Assembly (NCBI GenBank): GCA_024626585.2
Contig: JANKJI020000002.1
Span: 67,652,200-67,682,637, forward strand
DNA length: 30,438 bases
Direction of reading: 5' to 3'
DNA from: Ginkgo biloba
Taxonomy: Eukaryota > Plantae > Ginkgophyta
The translations under genes and the position numbers were made by a program. The notes under the pieces are model-generated. The model was given only the letters and a program-made list of their open reading frames with translations, was not told where the DNA came from and ran no database searches. Below are positions 22,069 to 30,438 of the stretch, piece by piece (position 1 is the stretch's first letter; each line of letters begins with the position of its first letter).

Positions 22069-24599
22069 ACCAATAGGCAACTTGGTCAATATCGTCTTAC
22101 AATTATGTCCAAGTACCAAGGATACAAGATACAATGTTTTGCATTGGTATCTAGTTGGTAGGATATGATAGATCTAGATGTGTTGGCTCAATACATGCAA
22201 CCCTCTATTATTAAATGACAACCTCTCATTTTAAATGACAACTCCTTGTTAAAATTAATCAGTATCACAATGTAGTTCCTTCATTGAATAATATAATAAC
22301 TTCAATCTCTTCATACTGTGTACAATTAACAATTACCTAATACAAGTGATGACCAATCTTGATGCACCGACAACTACTCTAAGTGTGATTAATAGCCTAG
22401 AAACATGCACTTGAACTTTGTTCAATCCTTATGCAACCAAATCNNNNNNNNNNNNNNNNNNNNNNNNNNNNNNNNNNNNNNNNNNNNNNNNNNNNNNNNN
22501 NNNNNNNNNNNNNNNNNNNNNNNNNNNNNNNNNNNNNNNNNNNGTATTAGGAAGGTCAAAAACTTACTCCCCTCCACATCAAGTAGGGTAATAAATACTA
22601 CAAGTTGTGAATGTACCCTTTCAACAAATAATGGTACCTCTCCACACTAATATTTTATAAACTGGTCAATCCATGTAATATGGTTATTCACAACAATCCA
22701 TGCCTTGGTTTGTTTCACCATTTCTCAATGTTAAACAAACTTTATACAACGTCAACCAACTAGGGTTCCAACCCTTACCTTATGAGAATGTCTATTATGA
22801 TCTATATGGACAATAATTTTTTCTAACAATCAATGTAATAAGGGTTCATTCAAACCTCTCCTCCACATCAAATAGTGTACAATCAATAATTCAGTATCTT
22901 ATAAATAGTATGAACAAATTCATGGTCGATATTTTTACCAAGTACTTGTGCAATCGTCCCAAATAACTTTTAGATGATTCCAATATATGCCATCCCATAC
23001 TCATCAAAGTTTAACATGAACCATATTTCATGGATTTGATTAATCTATAGTCATTTCTCTTACAAATGATCATATTATTCATGATCCATCTTGGCCTACT
23101 TTACCTAAGGAGATGCCATCTTCCATGCTTAAATTTTTAGGAAGGGGTGATGAGAATTCTCATCATCATCTAACTAAGTTTTGGATAAGTTCTAGTGTGT
23201 ATGTATAAGAAAACTATTATAGAATTAGAATATTTCAATGTTTACTTACTAAATAAGTTACCATGTGATTTACACAATTACTGCATTAATCCATATCCAC
23301 ACTAGATCAATTAAGGGATAAATTTATAAAAATATTTGAGACTTATTTTCCTTATATAAATTCCACCAATATTCTTAAAATTATAAAATAATATATAATC
23401 ATACCTCAATCACTTAATATATGAAGAATTTGAGGGTACTTAGGGATAAATGTCCCCATGTAGATTCAAGAGAGCTTAGTCATTAGTATGTTAAAATCCT
23501 TCTCCTATAAGATGATTTTTATGTTATGAAAAAGAGGCCTAGGGGTGAAAAACATTCTATATATGAAGATTTCTTCTTGACATTTGTATTCAACAACCCA
23601 TTAATGTAGAGGCATCTTTAATTTTAATTATTAACCATAATGTTTTCTTAAAATTTTAGTGGTGAATGTGTAGGATAATCCTAATTGGCATGGCATGGAT
23701 TAGAGTATGGGTCATATCCACATTGGCTAAGATCTTAGTAATTATTTTATGAAAAAAAAGGCTAAGTTTTATTTATAAACAAGCACCTTCNNNNNNNNNN
23801 NNNNNNNNNNNNNNNNNNNNNNNNNNNNNNNNNNNNNNNNNNNNNNNNNNNNNNNNNNNNNNNNNNNNNNNNNNNNNNNNNNNNNNNNNNNNNNNNNNNN
23901 NNNNNNNNNNNNNNNNNNNNNNNNNNNNNNNNNNNNNNNNNNNNNNNNNNNNNNNNNNNNNNNNNNNNNNNNNNNNNNNNNNNNNNNNNNNNNNNNNNNN
24001 NNNNNNNNNNNNNNNNNNNNNNNNNNNNNNNNNNNNNNNNNNNNNNNNNNNNNNNNNNNNNNNNNNNNNNNNNNNNNNNNNNNNNNNNNNNNNNNNNNNN
24101 NNNNNNNNNNNNNNNNNNNNNNNNNNNNNNNNNNNNNNNNNNNNNNNNNNNNNNNNNNNNNNNNNNNNNNNNNNNNNNNNNNNNNNNNNNNNNNNNNNNN
24201 NNNNNNNNNNNNNNNNNNNNNNNNNCTTAATAGTAATGCTTCAACTTGGCTTGATTGATCCTCTTCAACTAAAATTTTGCATTTCAATGTGGATGATAAT
24301 GTCATAATCATGACAATATCTATAACTCAGCAGCCCAAAAGAATCCCTCCACTTCATAAGTAAATTTGTTTGGTGTTCCTTTTCACATTTTAAGGCCTAA
24401 AATATTTATATTATTTCCATCTAGTAGGCCTCAAGTCAATAGACCTACGTATGACAAGAAATGATTAGCTTAATCAACTAGTTTTGACATAGAAGAAGAT
24501 TTATCCAATTCTCCTTCAACCATTTCTATCCTTTATCTCTAATAGTCATGTCCTAATCATAGGTCTCAATTGTTAATCTCTTAGGAATGGTTGAAACCC

Positions 24600-25250
24600 C
24601 ATTAGATAAATTAATTAACTTTGATTTATATACTCTAATTGAAGAGAGTACTATACTATCTAAGCCATTCAAGATTATAGTCCACATAGGTCATCGTAAT
24701 ACTTGGATATGCATCATATATGAAGGATCGACCTTCTCCATTATGTATTAATATGCACTTAATTCTTTAGGTTTTCCCATGTCAATTCTAGTTCACATGT
24801 TCTATATGCATGGGATAATGCTTCAAGCCCTTCTATTGGTACCCTCCATGAATTACCAATCACATTTTAGGGTAAAATGGTCTCCATTAATATATAATTT
24901 GTGCAAAATTAATTACAATTTAATATGATTCTAGGTCGGGATAGGATTACCATTATGGCGGGGGTCACTTCAATGTTATATGGCTTGATTTAGTTCCCCT
25001 TAAATGGATCCATCATGAAATTCCATTAATCCAAGTATGATGAAAAGAATGTAGATTAATCCTCTTCTCCACCTTAGATTATCTTAGTTCCTTAGGCAGA
25101 TGTTAATCCACCCATGTTCATCTCTACTATCTCCACGTTAATGGACAACAATCTTTGGTTGAGACATCCCTTAATATTGGCCCTAGACTTACTAAGTTAT
25201 CACCTCGTCTAGAATTTATGGTTGGTTTTGTTGACCTGTAACTTTTTTGT
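24600..25250 (-). pseudogene. Possible plant mobile domain (PMD)-like accessory ORF relic of a transposon
   Basis: Minus-strand fragments IKPYNIEVTPAIMVILSRPRIILNC...LMETILP*NV and KVDPSYMM loosely recall the PMD W.PY...E.H.P.RV...Y..W pattern. Very degenerate. Confidence 0.25.
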
Positions 25251-25767
25251 GTTATTTTATTTGTATAGAAAGTGTACTATAAGAATAAGATGGAAAATAA
25301 TGAAACTACTATTCTTATAAAGTGAATAAACTCAAATCCATCATACTTCATGGTAGTGACACATAGTAAGGAACAATAACATTGGAGGATACCAAGGAAT
25401 AATAGTACACACTAGGGAATAACAACACATACCAAGGAATGTTATGGAGTAATAGTAATATTGTTAGAAGTTGTAGTTGATATTGACATGTGAACATAGA
25501 TTATTTGCCAACATACGATCATTAAATAATGTACGACCATATAGATAATTGTCTTCTAGAAATATTCTAAATGAGTAAAAAATAAGTGAGAAAGGTGTTC
25601 TAAATCTAAATAATAAAAAAAGAGGCATATAATAAAAGACGAAATATATTCAAATATCTAAGGCGAGNNNNNNNNNNNNNNNNNNNNNNNNNNNNNNNNN
25701 NNNNNNNNNNNNNNNNNNNNNNNNNNNNNNNNNNNNNNNNNNNNNNNNNNNNNNNNNNNNNNNNNNN

Positions 25768-27267
25768 GAAGTGGATACTTAATGATATTTTGCCATTATG
25801 TTTTGAGCCATTCTTGTGTCTTGGATTGGATAAGAGGTTTGTTACAAGTTTAGATAAAATACTAGCTAACTCCCTTCCTCTGTCTCAAGATCTTATTCTA
25901 GCTATTGATACTTCATTTTTAGAAAATAAATTATTTCTTATTTATGATGAATATTAATGGTTTTGGGATATTATAATATATTTAAGGGATCAAACATATG
26001 TTCCACATCTTGTTAAAGTGTAACAAAATAAGATGCACAAAAATTTCCTAATCATATCCTTTTGGATAATACCCTTTATAAATGATCCATTGATGGAGTT
26101 CTATGTTATTTTGTTCTATGAGATGAAGCAGAAAGCATCCTTAATGAGTGTCATTTCAATCTATGTACAGACCATTTCTCTACACTAAATACAATAGCAA
26201 ATACTATTTGAGCTAGTTATCATTTACCTACTCTTGTCAAAGATTATCATCAAGTTATTAATAATTACCCTTACTAGCAATAATTTATTTCAAGGCAACA
26301 TGCACTCCATTTGTACTTCATAATAAAATTTCCATAGAACCCTTTGCCAAATGTTGCCTTGGATTTTTTGAACCCTTTAATCTACTTGTAGGTACTCAAA
26401 ATTAGTGTATTATCATAGTTGTTGACTATTTTACTAAGTAGGCTAAGGTCATACTAGAAGAGAGAGGATATGGTAAAATATCTATCATGTTTATACTCAA
26501 CCATATCATCACAATATTTGGAGTCCCACTAGGCATTGTTTCCAATTATGGAACTTAATTTATTAATGTGTTAATGGAGGATCTTTTTAATAAAATTGGC
26601 ATTGATTATTCTAAGACTTCCTCCTATTATCCACAGGCTAATGGCATAATAGAGTCATTTAATAAGACACTAAATACCCTTCNNNNNNNNNNAAGATAAT
26701 TCTCCAATGAATAATTGATGAAAACCATTGAGATTAGCATACTAAGATTTATTTTGCATTATGGTCATACCAGATAACTACAAAATTTGCTATTGGTTTT
26801 ACACCATTCTCACTCATATATGGGAGAGTATTTATCTTTATCATTGAAGTGTATATTATTTCATTAAGGGTAGCCACCTATAACTAGTTATATCCTACAT
26901 ATGACTATGTAATTTGACTTGTCCAGATTGAACAATTAGATGAGACTTGTATTAAGGCCCTATATAATTTGACACAACATAATAAACATGTTAAATATTA
27001 TTATAATAGAGACATTATTCATCACACACTTGATTAAGGAAATTTATTCCTTTGATTTTATGAATATACAAAGAAACTTATACCCCATAAGTTAAATCCT
27101 TGATGATTAGGTCCATTCATCATCTCTAATATTTTATACAAGGGTTCCTTTCAGTTAGACAATATGGATGGTACATTATTTTATATTATAACTAAATGGA
27201 CATCCCTCAAATGATTCCATTCTTGAATATAAAAAATGGGCATTCTTACCCTTTACCCCTCTTGTTT
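25768..27267 (+). pseudogene. Ty3/gypsy integrase relic (zinc finger, core, GPF region) of a second LTR retrotransposon
   Basis: Plus strand reads DEAESILNECHFNLCTDHFS...ASYHLPTLVKD (HHCC region), PFAKCCLGFFEP...IIIVVDYFTK*AKV, FGVPLGIVSNYGT*F...SSYYPQANGIIESFNKTL, ALWSYQITTKFAIGFTPFSLIYG and KLNP**LGPFIISNILYKGSFQLDNMDG. Confidence 0.92.
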
Positions 27268-28089
27268 NNNNNNNNNNNNNNNNNNNNNNNNNNNNNNNNN
27301 NNNNNNNNNNNNNNNNNNNNNNNNNNNNNNNNNNNNNNNNNNNNNNNNNNNNNNNNNNNNNNNNNNNNNNNNNNNNNNNNNNNNNNNNNNNNNNNNNNNN
27401 NNNNNNNNNNNNNNNNNNNNNNNNNNNNNNNNNNNNNNNNNNNNNNNNNNNNNNNNNNNNNNNNNNNNNNNNNNNNNNNNNNNNNNNNNNNNNNNNNNNN
27501 NNNNNNNNNNNNNNNNNNNNNNNNNNNNNNNNNNNNNNNNNNNNNNNNNNNNNNNNNNNNNNNNNNNNNNNNNNNNNNNNNNNNNNNNNNNNNNNNNNNN
27601 NNNNNNNNNNNNNNNNNNNNNNNNNNNNNNNNNNNNNNNNNNNNNNNNNNNNNNNNNNNNNNNNNNNNNNNNNNNNNNNNNNNNNNNNNNNNNNNNNNNN
27701 NNNNNNNNNNNNNNNNNNNNNNNNNNNNNNNNNNNNNNNNNNNNNNNNNNNNNNNNNNNNNNNNNNNNNNNNNNNNNNNNNNNNNNNTTTAAACCTGGAT
27801 TGGTAATTCTTGAAGCAATTCTTACTTTTCATATAGGGGTGAAGTACTTATGGATAGAATAATCTCTCCCTTTTCATCACTTTTTCAATGATAACATTGA
27901 CACTTGCTATCATTGAAAACATCCAATTCATATAATTGATCTCATCATAGCCATTCATTTTGGTACTAGTTCACTATGATGGTTCTTGTATTAAAAGGTA
28001 TCTTTTCAAATACTTTTAGGAATTAATTTATTACAATTATTATGGGCCTTATTATTTTTAGGAGAATTTTTTTATCACCATTTTTCATG

Positions 28090-29340
28090 CACATGCATAT
28101 GTACATCTTATTTGTATGAATATATCACACTCATTAAACCTTACATCTGATTCAAGATTTCTCACATATCATTTATGGTCACATCTATTCATATCATATG
28201 CTACTTAACTTATATATCATTTACATTCATTCCTATGATTATCCTATTATTATCCCCCTTATATAATATTATATTACCACATTATCTTTGTGACACGATT
28301 AACCATACATAACCATATGTTATTATGCATCAGTTACATATTTATATTACACACTTAGCCTTACCTTTGCAATATTTGTTTATATGGGCTCACTAACTTG
28401 AGTAAGCCTAAATCACTATCTTATATATCATAATTAAAGTAATGAGTACTTATATATCATATATATACCTCTTATGGATCAATCCTAAGAGGCATGGAAA
28501 ATATTTAATTATATCATATAACATCATTTCATAGATTATATCTTATTGTTATACTACATTAGATATTGTTGAGAAGGCTTAGCATATTATTTTCATTCAA
28601 CATATGGATAAATACTATTGTAACATAATTGAATTCTATTTATGGATCTATATAGTTCATATCACATATGGGAAATTATCATGAAGGGAGAGAAGGGAAT
28701 ATATCGTGTGGAAGAAATTTCTATTTGTGTGAATGTGTCATTTATTGATTATACTCATTAATATTTACATCTCATTTAGAATTTATTATATCTCCTTTAT
28801 TTTCGCATTCATTCATATCATATTATCCTTAGCTTAAAGATAAATTTTCATTTATTAATATGTTTATTCTATTCTATAGCCCCTTATATCATCTTATCCT
28901 TCGAAATGGTATTTGGGCACATAATTAAATTTACATAACTATATGTTATTATGTATAATTATACATTCATGTTTCACACTTAGCCTTGACTTTATAATCT
29001 TTGTACACTAATATCAATACCTTGAGTAAGCCTACATCACTATATTACCTCTCATCATTAAGGTCATGATATCTCACTTATCATATAAATACCTATTTGG
29101 GATCAAGCTTAAGAGGCAAAGAGAATCTTTGATCATATCATATCATCTCATTTCATTCCTTGCATCTTATCATCATATTTTATCAAATATTATTGAGAAG
29201 GCTTGCCTTATTCTTGTCATTCATCATATGATGAAATGATGTTAGACAATCATTGTATAATATTAAGGGATTAATAATGTTCATATCACATGAAATAAAT
29301 TATTGTGAAGAAGATAAGAAAATATGGTTTGTATCAATAA
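28090..29340 (+). repeat. Two-copy degenerate tandem repeat, period ~624 bp, downstream of the integrase
   Basis: Anchors recur at +624/625: CACACTTAGCCTT (28350/28975), TTGAGTAAGCCTA (28398/29022), GGATCAA..TAAGAGGCA block (28468-28492/29092-29116) and TTGAGAAGGCTT (28569/29193). Outer boundaries are approximate. Confidence 0.88.
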
Positions 29341-30438
29341 GGTCTCAACCATTTTTTGGTGAGAATATTTCATGTGGCCACCTTGTCTCCTTTATGAAGT
29401 AATATTCTCTTTGAATCATTGTGTCTCTTTATGTATACCTTTCCTTCTTAATGTATGAGTTTTTTATGATAGCATATTAACATACTTATAGTACATATAT
29501 TTTTCTTGTATCTCTTTTTGCATATGTTTTGCAAGTTTGGTTATTTGTCTAAGAGTTCATGTTAAGCCATCCTACGCATCAAGCATATTTAAGGAAGCAT
29601 CATCTTACAGGAGGATATCATATCCCATTCTCATTCATTTTTAATACATTTAATCCATTAATTACTTTATCCTATTTATAAATTATATAGGGGTAGTTTT
29701 AGACATAAATATATATTGAAGAAAAAGTGTCTATATCTTTTGGATTAAGCAATGAGGTCCATCGCTCCCTTAGAAAGAGGAATCATTTATCCAATTAGTG
29801 GATCAAGAACTTGGTAGGAGGTCATATTGTATTGATGTTAAGAGCTTGTATGCATAAGATAGATTATCACTTTAGATGGGAGGTTTTATGCCTTGATTAT
29901 CTAAAGTGGGGTTATGACATAGTTATTTCCTTTTTATGAAGATTTATTTTATATCTCCCACATTTATTAGGATTTTTTTCTCATTAAAGGTTTTCTTATA
30001 TGTAGTAATTTTCTTACCATATATAATTTTATAAGGATTCATCACATGGATAAAATACCTTAGTTAAATGGATGGATGCATGAACATAACTACTTAAGGA
30101 CTCCTTGATTGAATAAAAGTCCTTAGTTAGATGAATGGTTATATGATTTTATCTTTACATGAGCATGCTCCATTGTCTACTTAGGNNNNNNNNNNNNNNN
30201 NNNNNNNNNNNNGTATTCATACTGTATAATTATTTTTTATCATAGTATTTGAGTTGGAGATATTCCATGTATTCTACTCTCATGTAGTGAGAGGTTTCTT
30301 TATTCATGAAATAGTTCTAAATTTCTATACACCTCCTTTCTTCTTCTTCCCTACTAATGATTCTTCTTTCTTTCTCCATAACTTGAAATTCCTTTGAGAT
30401 CTTGTTTGAAAGGGAAGAAATTTACTTATATTCTTAAA

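Larger units (their letters stand above)
4689..25767. other. Ten exactly-100-nt N gaps (scaffolding joins of unknown size)
   Basis: 4689-4788, 6182-6281, 10837-10936, 13595-13694, 14933-15032, 17149-17248, 18423-18522, 21131-21230, 22444-22543 and 25668-25767. The other N-runs have irregular lengths. Confidence 0.9.

Noticed and set aside
20600-22150. Possible copia pre-integrase (CHMRM*H) and Mutator-like (VWTIKICSLGH) motifs on the minus strand
   Set aside because: Isolated few-residue resemblances in heavily decayed sequence, on different contigs. Probably TE relics but not classifiable by eye.
22202-22879. Small repeats: a 20-bp tandem at ~22202-22241 and a 24-bp pair at 22567/22856 (21/24 identity)
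   Set aside because: Real but ordinary local duplications with no further structure.
28960-29260. Hammerhead ribozyme core suggested by TGATGA strings
   Set aside because: No CTGATGA...GAAA arrangement with the required stems, and the strings are not conserved in the other repeat copy.
1-30438. A novel multi-gene system linking the RT, integrase, repeats and PLAC8 gene
   Set aside because: The RT and integrase are dead Ty3/gypsy relics on different contigs, only one intact gene is present, and physical linkage across the 100-N joins is unproven.

Overview
This is eukaryotic, almost certainly land-plant, nuclear DNA from a fragmented assembly. Ten N-runs of exactly 100 nt split the window into about 11 short pieces, so adjacency across them is unproven. 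It contains one convincing intact gene: an intronless PLAC8-family (PCR/CNR/FW2.2-like) CDS at 9092-9742 (+), followed by a perfect 10-bp hairpin 11 nt after the stop. Most of the rest is decayed transposon sequence: (1) a minus-strand Ty3/gypsy retrotransposon relic with gag, protease, RT, RNase H and the start of integrase (1-4688); (2) a second related gag relic (4952-5340); (3) a plus-strand Ty3/gypsy integrase relic (25768-27267) followed by a ~624-bp two-copy tandem repeat with conserved hairpin motifs; (4) a complete 932-bp non-autonomous hAT-type element with TIRs and a perfect 8-bp target-site duplication (15099-16030), plus the left end of a relative. Most ORF-track entries are artefacts of N-runs or short random frames. 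I found no evidence for a new multi-gene system. The best leads are the intronless PLAC8 gene with its 3' hairpin, the structured repeat behind the integrase, and the hAT MITE family.
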